64,000 nucleotides of DNA, taken from contig OZ024761.1 of assembly GCA_964016885.1 (NCBI GenBank), forward strand, positions 8,122,001 to 8,186,000, written 5' to 3'. Each line of letters begins with the position of its first letter. Within the stretch, counting starts at the first letter, position 1. The notes under the pieces are model-generated. The model worked only from the letters and a program-made list of their open reading frames with translations. It was not told the DNA's origin and did no database searches. Made by a program: the position numbers and the translations under genes. The DNA comes from Eledone cirrhosa. Lineage: Eukaryota. Positions 26,201 through 39,231 of the stretch are shown piece by piece.

Positions 26201-29200
26201 AACACCACCACCAGTCTATAGTAATGTCTGTCCTGGTCTAGATCTAGTTTAACACCACCACCTGTCTATAGTAAAGTCTGTCCTGGTCTAGGTCTAGTTT
26301 AACACCACCACCTGTCTATAGTAAAGTATGTCCTGGTCTAGATCTAGTTTAACACCACCACCTGTCTATAGTAAAGTTTGTCCTGGTCTAGGTCTAGTTT
26401 AACACCACCACCTGTCTATAGTAAAGTCTGTCCTGGTCTAGATCTAGTTTAACACCACCACCTGTCTATAGTAAAGTCTGTCCTGGTCTAGGTCTAGTTT
26501 AACACCACCACCTGTCTATAGTAAAGTCTGTCCTGGTCTAGGTCTAGTTTAACACCACCACCTGTCTATAGTAAAGTATGTCCTGGTCTAGGTCTAGTTT
26601 AACACCACCACCTGTCTATAGTAAAGTATGTCCTGGTCTAGGTCTAGTTTAACACCACCACCTGTCTATAGTAATGTCTGTCCTGGTCTAGATCTAGTTT
26701 AACACCACCACCTGTCTATAGTAAAGTCTGTCCTGGTCTAGATCTAGTTTAACACCACCACCTGTCTATAGTAAAGTCTGTCCTGGTCTAGGTCTAGTTT
26801 AACACCACCACCTGTCTATAGTAAAGTATGTCCTGGTCTAGGTCTAGTTTAACACCACCACCTGTCTATAGTAAAGTCTGTCCTGGTCTAGATTTAGTTT
26901 AACACCACCACCTGTCTATAGTAAAGTATGTCCTGGTCTAGGTCTAGTTTAACACCACCACCTGTCTATAGTAAAGTCTGTCCTGGTCTAGGTCTATTTA
27001 ACACCACCACCTGTCTATAGTAAAGTATGTCCTGGTCTAGGTCTAGTTTAACACCACCACCTGTCTATAGTAAAGTATGTCCTGGTCTAGGTCTAGTTTA
27101 ACACCACCACCTGTCTATAGTAAAGTATGTCCTGGTCTAGGTCTAGTTTAACACCACCACCTGTCTATAGTAAAGTATGTCCTGGTCTAGGTCTAGTTTA
27201 ACACCACCACCTGTCTATAGTAAAGTATGTCCTGGTCTAGGTCTAGTTTAACACCATCACCTGTCTATAGTAAAGTATGTCCTGGTCTAGAACTAGTTCA
27301 ACACCACCACCTGTCTATAGTAAAGTCTGTCCTAGTCTAGATCAACACCTCCACCTGTCTATAGTAAAGTCTGTCCTGGTCTAGGTCTAGTTTAACATCA
27401 CCACCTGTCTATAGTAAAGTCTGTCCTGGTCTAGTTCTAGTTTAACACCACCACCTGTCTATAGTAAAGTCTGTCCTGGTCTAGGTCTAGTTCAACACCA
27501 CCACCTGTCTATAGTAAAGTCTGTCCTGGTCTAGGTCTATTTAACACCACCACCTGTCTATAGTAAAGTATGTCCTGGTCTAGGCCTAGTTTAACACCAC
27601 CACCTGTCTATAGTAAAGTATGTCCTGGTCTAGGTCTAGTTTAACACCACCACCTGTCTATAGTAAAGTATGTCCTGGTCTAGGCCTAGTTTAACACCAC
27701 CACCTGTCTATAGTAAAGTATGTCCTGGTGTAGGTCTAGTTTAACACCACCACCTGTCTATAGTAAAGTATGTCCTGGTCTAGGCCTAGTTTAACACCAG
27801 CACCTGTCTATAGTAAAGTCTGTCCTGGTGTAGGTCTAGTTTAACACCAGCACCTGTCTATAGCAAAGTCTGTCCTGGTCTAGGTCTAGTTTAACACCAC
27901 CACCTGTCTATAGTAAAGTATGTCCTGGTCTAGGTCTAGTTTAACACCACCACCTGTCTATGGTAAAGTCTGTCCTGGTCTAGGTCTAGTTTAACACCAC
28001 CACCTGTCTATAGTAAAGTATGTCCTGGTCTAGGTCTAGTTTCACACCACCACCTGTCTATAGTAAAGTATGTCCTGGTCTAGGTCTAGTTTAACACCAC
28101 CACCTGTCTATAGTAAAGTATGTCCTGGTCTAGGTCTAGTTTAACACCACCACCTGTCTATAGTAAAGTATGTCCTGGTCTAGGTCTAGTTTAACACCAC
28201 CACCTGTCTATAGTAAAGTATGTCCTGGTCTAGGTCTAGTTTAACACCACCACCTGTCTATAGTAAAGTATGTCCTGGTCTAGGCCTAGTTTAACACCAC
28301 CACCTGTCTATAGTAAAGTATGTCCTGGTGTAGGTCTAGTTTAACACCACCACCTGTGTATAGTAAAGTATGTCCTGGTCTAGGCCTAGTTTAACACCAC
28401 CACCTGTCTATAGTAAAGTCTGTCCTGGTGTAGGTCTAGTTTAACACCAGCACCTGTCTATAGTAAAGTCTGTCCTGGTCTAGGTCTAGTTTAACACCAC
28501 CACCTGTCTATAGTAAAGTATGTCCTGGTCTAGGTCTAGTTTAACACCACCACCTGTCTATGGTAAAGTCTGTCCTGGTCTAGGTCTAGTTTAACACCAC
28601 CACCTGTCTATAGTAAAGTATGTCCTGGTCTAGGTCTAGTTTAACACCACCACCTGTCTATAGTAAAGTCTGTCCTGGTCTAGGTCTAGTTTAACACCAA
28701 CACCTGTCTATAGTAAAGTATGTCCTGGTCTAGGTCTAGTTTAACACCATCACCTGTCTATAGTAAAGTCTGTCCTGGTCTAGGTCTAGTTTAACACCAC
28801 CACCTGTCTATAGTAAAGTATGTCCTGGTGTAGGTCTAGTTTAACACCACCACCTGTCTATAGTAAAGTATGTCCTGGTCTAAGCCTAGTTTAACACCAC
28901 CACCTGTCTATAGTAAAGTCTGTCCTGATCTAGGTCTAGTTTAATACCACCACCTGTCTATAGTAAAGTCTGTCCTGGTCTAGGTCTAGTTTAACACCAC
29001 CACCTGTCTATAGTAAAGTATGTCCTGGTCTAGGTCTAGTTTAACACCACCACCTGTCTATAGTAAAGTATGTCCTGGTCTAGGTCTAGTTTAACACCAC
29101 CATCTGTCTATAGTAATGTCTGTCCTGGTCTAGATCTAGATTAACACCACCACCAGTCTATAGTAATGTCTGTCCTGGTCTAGATCTAGTTTAACACCAC

Positions 29201-31195
29201 CACCTGTCTATAGTAAAGTCTGTCCTGGTCTAGGTCTAGTTTAACACCACCACCTGTCTATAGTAAAGTATGTCCTGGTCTAGATCTAGTTTAACACCAC
29301 CACCTGTCTATAGTAAAGTTTGTCCTGGTCTAGGTCTAGTTTAACACCACCACCTGTCTATAGTAAAGTCTGTCCTGGTCTAGATCTAGTTTAACACCAC
29401 CACCTGTCTATAGTAAAGTCTGTCCTGGTCTAGGTCTAGTTTAACACCACCACCTGTCTATAGTAAAGTCTGTCCTGGTCTAGGTCTAGTTTAACACCAC
29501 CACCTGTCTATAGTAAAGTATGTCCTGGTCTAGGTCTAGTTTAACACCACCACCTGTCTATAGTAAAGTATGTCCTGGTCTAGGTCTAGTTTAACACCAC
29601 CACCTGTCTATAGTAATGTCTGTCCTGGTCTAGATCTAGTTTAACACCACCACCTGTCTATAGTAAAGTCTGTCCTGGTCTAGATCTAGTTTAACACCAC
29701 CACCTGTCTATAGTAAAGTCTGTCCTGGTCTAGGTCTAGTTTAACACCACCACCTGTCTATAGTAAAGTATGTCCTGGTCTAGGTCTAGTTTAACACCAC
29801 CACCTGTCTATAGTAAAGTCTGTCCTGGTCTAGATTTAGTTTAACACCACCACCTGTCTATAGTAAAGTATGTCCTGGTCTAGGTCTAGTTTAACACCAC
29901 CACCTGTCTATAGTAAAGTCTGTCCTGGTCTAGGTCTATTTAACACCACCACCTGTCTATAGTAAAGTATGTCCTGGTCTAGGTCTAGTTTAACACCACC
30001 ACCTGTCTATAGTAAAGTATGTCCTGGTCTAGGTCTAGTTTAACACCACCACCTGTCTATAGTAAAGTATGTCCTGGTCTAGGTCTAGTTTAACACCACC
30101 ACCTGTCTATAGTAAAGTATGTCCTGGTCTAGGTCTAGTTTAACACCACCACCTGTCTATAGTAAAGTATGTCCTGGTCTAGGTCTAGTTTAACACCATC
30201 ACCTGTCTATAGTAAAGTATGTCCTGGTCTAGAACTAGTTCAACACCACCACCTGTCTATAGTAAAGTCTGTCCTAGTCTAGATCAACACCTCCACCTGT
30301 CTATAGTAAAGTCTGTCCTGGTCTAGGTCTAGTTTAACATCACCACCTGTCTATAGTAAAGTCTGTCCTGGTCTAGTTCTAGTTTAACACCACCACCTGT
30401 CTATAGTAAAGTCTGTCCTGGTCTAGGTCTAGTTCAACACCACCACCTGTCTATAGTAAAGTCTGTCCTGGTCTAGGTCTATTTAACACCACCACCTGTC
30501 TATAGTAAAGTATGTCCTGGTCTAGGCCTAGTTTAACACCACCACCTGTCTATAGTAAAGTATGTCCTGGTCTAGGTCTAGTTTAACACCACCACCTGTC
30601 TATAGTAAAGTATGTCCTGGTCTAGGCCTAGTTTAACACCACCACCTGTCTATAGTAAAGTATGTCCTGGTGTAGGTCTAGTTTAACACCACCACCTGTC
30701 TATAGTAAAGTATGTCCTGGTCTAGGCCTAGTTTAACACCAGCACCTGTCTATAGTAAAGTCTGTCCTGGTGTAGGTCTAGTTTAACACCAGCACCTGTC
30801 TATAGCAAAGTCTGTCCTGGTCTAGGTCTAGTTTAACACCACCACCTGTCTATAGTAAAGTATGTCCTGGTCTAGGTCTAGTTTAACACCACCACCTGTC
30901 TATGGTAAAGTCTGTCCTGGTCTAGGTCTAGTTTAACACCACCACCTGTCTATAGTAAAGTATGTCCTGGTCTAGGTCTAGTTTCACACCACCACCTGTC
31001 TATAGTAAAGTATGTCCTGGTCTAGGTCTAGTTTAACACCACCACCTGTCTATAGTAAAGTATGTCCTGGTCTAGGTCTAGTTTAACACCACCACCTGTC
31101 TATAGTAAAGTATGTCCTGGTCTAGGTCTAGTTTAACACCACCACCTGTCTATAGTAAAGTCTGTCCTGGTCTAAGTCTAGTTTAACACCAGCAG
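8230..31195. repeat. 50-bp satellite array, ~23 kb, ~460 monomers, intronic
   Basis: Consensus CACCACCACCTGTCTATAGTAAAGT(A/C)TGTCCTGGTCTAGGTCTAGTTTAA. Uninterrupted, single orientation, occasional 44- and 49-bp deletion variants. Confidence 0.98.
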
Positions 31196-31464
31196 CACCT
31201 TGATAAGTCTTTAGTGAAGCCTAGTTTAACACTGCCACTTGACCCCTTTTTGGCAAGCTTTCTATGTCTGGCTGCCCTTGCTATCATCAACTTATTTACA
31301 CAGTATACTGGGTGCATTTACTGTGGAGGCTGTCATGTCTTTCACACAACTGAAGAATCCTCTCCAAAACTTTGTTTGAAAACTGAAAATCTAAATTGTA
31401 CAGCATTATTTTTTCTTAGACCACACATTTGATACAAAAAAAAAACAACCAAAAATAGATTTAA

Positions 31465-31740
31465 CTCTTTAGCATTTAAACTGGCCATATCGACCCAGAA
31501 TTCTATCACTTCTATCTGTTTAAACTGGCCACAACTGGTCGCTCATACCAACATAACTGTATTTTTTCTCAAAATATCATAGATTCCATATTATGTGAGA
31601 TATTATGTGAGGTAAAGCCTTTACTGTGAAAATACAATAGTATATATAGAGTAATGTAAATGTTATGAGATATTATGTGAGGTAAAGCCTTTACTGTGAA
31701 AATACAATAGTATATATAGAGTAATGTAAATGCTAAACGG
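31465..31740. mobile_element. piggyBac-type MITE (no SINE, internal duplication)
   Basis: TTAA|CTCTTTAGCATTTA ... TAAATGCTAAACGG|TTAA. Shares its right TTAA with the next copy. Confidence 0.7.
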
Positions 31741-31744
31741 TTAA

Positions 31745-32365
31745 CCCATAAGCATTTAAACCAGCTGTATCTGGTCAGAATTCTCTCACCTCTTTCAGTT
31801 CAAACCAGCCATAACTGGCTGCTCATACTGATGTTGAAGTATTGTTCTCAAAATAAATAATATCAAAATCTTATAGATTCAATATTATGTGAGATAAAGC
31901 CTTTACCGTGAAAATATATTAGTAAATATAAATAAAAAAAATATTAGTAATCATCATCATCATCATCATTTCATTTTACGTCCAATTTTTCCCTGCTTGC
32001 AAGGGTGGGACGGGAACTGATTCTGGCTTGATTTCTACAGCTGGATGCCCTTCCTAACACCAACCTCATTTACAGTGAGTGCTGGGTGCTTTTTCGTGGC
32101 GCCTACACGTCCACTTTACAGTGAGTGCTGGGTGCTTTTTTGCCGTGGCACCTGCACGACCACTTTGCAGTGGAATGATAGGGACCCCAGCCCCTATCAT
32201 CTCATTTCTACAGCTGAGTAAACTGGAGCAATGTGAAATAAAGTGTCTTGCTCAAGGAAACAACACATCAGCCGGTCTGAGAATTGAACTCACAACCTTT
32301 CTCTTGCAAGGCCAATGCTCTAACCACTAAGCCATGTGTCTCCATGTAATGTAAATGCTAAAGAG
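31745..32365. mobile_element. piggyBac-type MITE interrupted by a SINE
   Basis: TTAA|CCCATAAGCATTTA ... TAAATGCTAAAAGAG|TTAA. Confidence 0.7.
31950..32344 (-). mobile_element. tRNA/CORE-like SINE with bipartite RTE tail
   Basis: Full-length copy with an internal duplication of the AAAAGCACCCAGCACTCACTGTAAA segment. GTAAT on both flanks. Confidence 0.88.
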
Positions 32366-32399
32366 TTAAAAAAAACTGAAAACAAGCAACATCACTTAC

Positions 32400-32592
32400 C
32401 CGACATTGTTCCTTTTCCAGAGAGCATCCGGGTTCAAAAGGATCGAATCTATTCGCATATCAACATCGATCTTATTGAAAGCTCTCTTAAAATGACTAGA
32501 ATCTGCGGCAGCTAGTAATGTGTTTCTGGAGCTGATACTTTCTGCTCCTGTGCTCTGGCTACCAATACTATGTTCCGAAGAAGCATCACTAC
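32400..32592 (-). CDS. AKAP10: AKAP10 exon (Ser-rich linker)
   Basis: ATTTTTTTAG|...GTCGG|GTAAGT, 193 nt, phase 1 to 2. SDASSEHSIGSQS...IDSILLNPDALWKRNNVG versus vertebrate VDAASLDPESLYQRTYAG (recalled). Confidence 0.85.
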
Positions 32593-34166
32593 CTAAAAAA
32601 ATATTAATTGAAAAATAAATAATCCTTTCTGAAATCACAGAGAACTAACTCAGCCAGTGTCCATCACTGGGGTGATGCTTTTTCTTCTTATTCTTTGACC
32701 ACTTATTCCTGAGAGGGTTGTGTGGGACCAGAAACCTCAGACACTCCTTCCAGCAGGTCCTGTCAGAAGCAACCGTCTCCAACTGATTCAGCAGGACCCC
32801 CAAGCTCATGGATGTCATCCAATCAATCTTGCTCAGGGTCTAAATCACAACAAACCTCTAAGGTCAGCCAGTACTCATCACTGGGTTTGGTGAGGAGCCC
32901 TTTCTAAATTGCAAGGATCTTTACAGTCAGCCAGTGCACAACCCTGGGGTATGGTAGAGTTGGGGGTCCTTTTCGAATCACAAAGAAATTTAAGGCCAGC
33001 CAGTGCTCATCACTGAGGGGTGAAAGGGTGGGGGTGCGGTAGAGTGGGTCGTTGAGGGTTTGTAACAACATTAATATTTATCTAATTTGTACCTTGGGAG
33101 GGAATTGAAATCAGAACTGCCAATCATCAAACAGGCATTACAGCAGTGAACTAAACCACGCACCACCCACATTACCTATTTATATTGTACTTTATGTTGA
33201 ACTAGCAGAAAAACCACCCTTCGGCTGGTTTTCTGCAAGCATGTGTAGTGTGTATATTGATATTATACACAAATATATATGCATGTAAATAAAATCGTAA
33301 TTGACAATATACACAGAAATTGAACGAAGACTGCGTTACACAGTCTTATGTAATCAGTAACGTAATCCATGATAGATTTTAAAAAAGACGATATTATATA
33401 TAAACTGCATTAGGAGAAAATTAGTGACGGAAATATATGCGATTATAAGTGTTATAATATAATGGCCGCTAACTGGATGTGTTGACATTTGACAATTTTA
33501 AAGAAGTGAATCTTTAAATAAGCTATAAAATATATTTAATCAACAGCCACGAAATTTAGTAGAAAAATTATGTAATATTCATTCATTATTTATTCAAAGT
33601 AATCCAACTTATTTTACAAACGGGGTAAAAAAATATATTCTGGACGCAGTCCTGCACTCCTTACTTTATTATAGTTAAGATTGCCAGTTGAATCACCAGA
33701 GCAGATCGATAATGGAGTAAAGTCCATAACTTCTAAGAGTGACCCTGAGTCAAACCTATGTTAAACAAAGAAATCATAGAATTAAGTGTTGGCCAGGAAG
33801 CAAAGCAAATACAGACCTCGGCTGTAACATCTTTTCCTCTTTGCCGATGAAGATAGAGGAAACTCCAGCACACTTAGGCAGAAGTAAACATTTTTCTTTC
33901 TTTTTTTCTTACTTCCTTCCCCTCTTTCTCTTACTTTTCTTTTTTTTCTTCATTAGTTACACACTCCTTTACATTCAGGCAGCCCATCGCTGATATGTAA
34001 CTTCTTTCTTCCTTAGATTAACCATAGTATTTCCACTGCTGTTATATTTACATAGCACTGGCTGAAAATATAGCCGGTGTTTTCTTTTTGGGGAGGTGCA
34101 TCATTATGGTGATATTATTGTTAAATTACCACTATGAGATGATGTTCTAGTGTTTTGGACGAACCA

Positions 34167-34725
34167 TCTATAATATAAAGCTGATAGCCGTATGTATGTA
34201 ACAAACTTTTCGCCAAACGGCTGGACCAAACAGCACCAAATTTGCACCATAGATGTAACTTTATCCAAATAAAAAAGTTAGGGCATCTTTGTCTACTGAA
34301 TTTTGTTAAAAGATTATTAAAGACATTATTTAAATAATTCACTTCTTTAAAATTTCAAATGTCAACACTTTGGTTATACAACATTCCTCACCTTTTCTTT
34401 GTCTGTCTTTTTAGATAGATACATAGCTATAATGTCGCGCCCTTATAATATGTCTCTGTATCTCTGGCTGTCTTTATTAGATACATAACTATGATGTCGC
34501 ACAACATTCCCATCTTTTTCTTAATCTGTCTTTTTAGATAGATACATAGCTATGACGTCGTGCCCTTATATGTCTCTGTATATCTGGCTGTCTGCATTAG
34601 ATACATAACTATGATATCGCACAACATTCCCCTCTTTTTCTTTGTCATTTTAGATAGATTCATAGCTATGACGTCGCGCCCTTATAATATGTCTCTGTAT
34701 GTCTGGTTGTCTGCATTAGATAACG
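34167..34725 (+). mobile_element. possible Helitron-like element 5' part with ~120-bp internal repeats
   Basis: Starts A|TCTATAATATAAAG...GTATGTATGT. Three degenerate ~120-bp units at 34380-34725. No 3' CTAG end found. Confidence 0.4.
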
Positions 34726-34994
34726 TTTTTCGAAATATTTACTTCTGCGTTCACAGATTGATTTTTTTTAGTTTCAGAAGATCCTGTTAAGGGTGAAAGC
34801 GGCGATTCTTTGCTTAAACTTTAATCTGTTATTTTAATATATATATTCGTGTACAGATATTTTTGCATATACAAAAACAAAAACCTGTTTATTTCACGAC
34901 GGATACATGTCCTCATTTAAAGTACAGGGCCAAGTGTACAACACGATTGGAAGTCTCCTACCTCTGAGACCTATATACATATATATATACATAT

Positions 34995-35322
34995 AGGCAC
35001 ATGGCTTAGTGGTTAGAGCATTGGCCTTGCAATCGAAAGGCTGTGAGTTCAATTCTCAGACCGGGTGAGCAAGACACTTTATTTCACATTGCTCCAGTTT
35101 ACTCAGCTGTAGAAATGAGATGATGCGGACTGGGTTCCCTATCATTCCACTGCAAAGTGGTCGTGGAGGTGCCACGGCAAAAAAGCACCCAGCACTCCCT
35201 GTAAATGGGGTTGGTGTTAGGAAGGGCATCCAGCTGTAGAAATCAAGCCAGAATCAGTTCCCGTCTCACTCTTGCAAGCAGGGGAAAGAGGACGTAAAAG
35301 TGAAATGATGATGAAATGATAA
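34995..35322 (+). mobile_element. tRNA/CORE-like SINE with bipartite RTE tail
   Basis: Same family as 6846-7187 with a small internal deletion. Its tail runs directly into the microsatellite block. Confidence 0.85.
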
Positions 35323-35454
35323 TATATATATATACACATATACACATATATATATATATACATACACACACATATACATACATACATACATACATACATA
35401 CATACATACATACATACATACATACATACATACATACATACATACATACATACA

Positions 35455-35490
<36 letters not shown>

Positions 35491-35501
35491 TACATATATA
35501 T

Positions 35502-35534
<33 letters not shown>

Positions 35535-35611
35535 TACATATATATACATATATATATATATATACATATATACATATATATATACATATACATATATATA
35601 TACATATACAT

Positions 35612-35645
<34 letters not shown>

Positions 35646-35828
35646 ATATATACATACATACATACATATATATATATATACATATACATATATATATATA
35701 CATACATACATACATATATATATATATATACATACATATATATATACATACACACACATATACATACATACATACATACATACATACATACATACATACA
35801 TACATACATACATACATACATACATACA

Positions 35829-35862
<34 letters not shown>

Positions 35863-35869
35863 CATACAT

Positions 35870-36257
35870 TGAAAACGTGTTCTGTTGTGGAGATCAGCTG
35901 CCCACTTGATGTAAACGTTGTCAGAAAAATACAGGAGAAGGAGGACATCTACGGACCATTGATGAGGAGCTTACAAATCCAGTAGCCAAGATACACCTTT
36001 AGCTTCATACCCATCATTATTGGTGCTACGGGTTATATACCAACCCGCTTGGACCAAAGTATGACCGAACTTGGATTTGCGGACAAAAAGCGCAGCTCCC
36101 TAATTCATAGTCTACAAATGGCTGCGATAGCTGGCACCTTCAAAATATGCAAAACATTCTTGCGATTCAAGGGATGACAATTTCTTTTCTTTTACAACCT
36201 TGCCACCAGGAAGGTGGCCGGTCAAAAAAATATACTCGAAATTAAGAGAAAGAGAAA
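35870..36257 (+). mobile_element. 5'-truncated R4/Dong-like (restriction-like endonuclease) non-LTR retrotransposon fragment
   Basis: 35872-36177 translates [56 protein letters not shown]...[18 protein letters not shown], the E-x-x-x-P / K..Y / P(I)IIG pattern of RLE domains. One internal stop at 35983. Not in the ORF track. Confidence 0.75.
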
Positions 36258-36695
36258 ACATACATACATACATATATATATACATACATACATATATATA
36301 TACATATATATATACATACATACATACATACATATATATATACATATATATACATATATATATATATATACATATATACATATATATATACATATACATA
36401 TATATATACATATACATATATATATATACATATATATATATACATATACATATATATATATATACATACATACATACATATATATATATACATATACATA
36501 TATATATATACATACATACATACATATATATATATATATACAAACATACATATATATATACATACATATATATATATATATATATACATACATACATATA
36601 TATATACATACATATATATATATATATATATACATACATACATATATATATACATACATATATATATATATATATATACATACATACATATATAT

Positions 36696-36762
<67 letters not shown>

Positions 36763-36763
36763 C

Positions 36764-36908
<145 letters not shown>

Positions 36909-37036
36909 CATATATACATATATATATACATATATACATATATATATACATATATACATATATATATACATATATACATATATACATATATACATATATA
37001 CATATATACATATATACATATATACATATATATATC

Positions 37037-37155
37037 TACATTATGAAGAGAGAAGAAACATTTAGATATAATTAGTAATAAAATGTATCATACCTAAACT
37101 GTTCCTAAATTCCTCGACTACGTAGTTTCGTGGCATAAACAAAAACAATATATCA

Positions 37156-37202
<47 letters not shown>

Positions 37203-37299
37203 CAAAAACAATATATCAATATATATATATATATATATACAAACATATATATATATCAATATATATATATATATATATACAAACAAAAACAATATATCA

Positions 37300-37300
<1 letters not shown>
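37037..37300 (-). mobile_element. solitary arm of Penelope-like family 2 with stuttered junction
   Basis: 37037-37157 matches 42343-42463. AAACAAAAACAATATATCAA is re-iterated among the TA runs up to ~37300. Confidence 0.75.
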
Positions 37301-37330
<30 letters not shown>

Positions 37331-37351
37331 CATACATACATACATATATAT

Positions 37352-37382
<31 letters not shown>

Positions 37383-37401
37383 CATACATACATATATATA
37401 T

Positions 37402-37432
<31 letters not shown>

Positions 37433-37561
37433 CATACATACATACATACATATATACATACATACATACATACATATATATATATATATACATACATATA
37501 TACATACATACATACATATATATATATACATACATATATACATACATACATACATACATAT

Positions 37562-37630
<69 letters not shown>

Positions 37631-37644
37631 TACATACATATATA

Positions 37645-38252
37645 TGGTGGCTGCCAACTCGTTTTCGAGTACGGCCACTACTTTATATCCATGTAGGAGA
37701 ACCCCTACCGATGCGCTGAACGAGTGTGACTTTTTAGTCCAGCCAGCGACTTGAAAACTCTGGTACAAACACTACACTTGTGACAATTACTGACACATAG
37801 TGCTGGGCACATGGTACCATGTGACGACAAGTGCAGAGAGATCTCCAGATATAAAGCAATGCCTGTGCCGTGAAGCTTTTATAGTGAGCAAAGGCACTGC
37901 ACAAAGCCAATGCCACTCTCTTAACCAAGATGATATTTACCAAAAAGAAGAACAAGTCAACATCATTGGATACCATCAGGGTTGCAGGTGTTATATCAGA
38001 GTTTTCCTTCTCCTAGAATTCTGCCTTGACAAAGGCTAAGGGGTCATCTCTCCCGGTGATTTTGGATGGCCATTGACTCTTAAGAGCTCCTTTGCCCTTT
38101 GACAGGTTTTGTTTTTAGTCCTGCAGGATGTCCAAAGTCACCCTCCTCACCAAGAAACCTTGGTGGGGTTGCCAGTTTAGTCGCCAACGACCCGACCATG
38201 GGACAGGTTGTACTGGGATACATGTTACCAGTAGCACCAACTGGTGACCTGA
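37645..38252 (-). mobile_element. ~610-bp non-autonomous RTE/BovB-like derivative, copy 1
   Basis: Contains the RTE 5'-UTR-type motif CTAGGAGAAGGAAAACTCTGA and a terminal C2H2 remnant [25 protein letters not shown]. Three more near-identical copies in the window. Confidence 0.75.
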
Positions 38253-38274
38253 CATACATATATATATATATATA

Positions 38275-38394
<120 letters not shown>

Positions 38395-38496
38395 CATATA
38401 TATATATACATGCATACATATATAATATATACATATATATATATACATACACATATATATATATATATATACATACACATATATATATATATATAT

Positions 38497-38527
<31 letters not shown>

Positions 38528-38622
38528 CATACACATATATATATATATATACATACACACATATATATATATACATACACATACACATATATATATATAT
38601 ATATACACATATATATATACAT

Positions 38623-38667
<45 letters not shown>

Positions 38668-38731
38668 TATATACATACACATATATATATACATACACAT
38701 ATATATATATATACACATATATATATACATA

Positions 38732-38797
<66 letters not shown>

Positions 38798-39091
38798 CAC
38801 ATATATATATATATATACATACACATATATATATATATATACATACACATATATATATATATATGCATACACATATATATATATATATACATACACATAT
38901 ATATATATATATACATACACATATATATATATATATACATACACATATATATATATATATACATACACATATATATATATATATACATACACATATATAT
39001 ATATATATACATACACATATATATATATATATACATACACATATATATATATATATACATACACATATATATATATATATACATACACATA

Positions 39092-39127
<36 letters not shown>

Positions 39128-39158
39128 CATACACACATATATATATATACATACACAC

Positions 39159-39193
<35 letters not shown>

Positions 39194-39198
39194 CATAC

Positions 39199-39231
<33 letters not shown>

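Noticed and set aside
8230-31195. CRISPR, centromeric/telomeric or coding role for the 50-bp array
   Set aside because: There are no spacers, no TTAGGG repeats and no ORFs in the track, and it lies inside an intron. Nothing in the sequence supports centromere function.
33202-33245. Helitron 3' end on the minus strand (CTAG plus hairpin)
   Set aside because: The hairpin and CTAG are present but I found no matching 5' TC end, so the boundaries cannot be supported.
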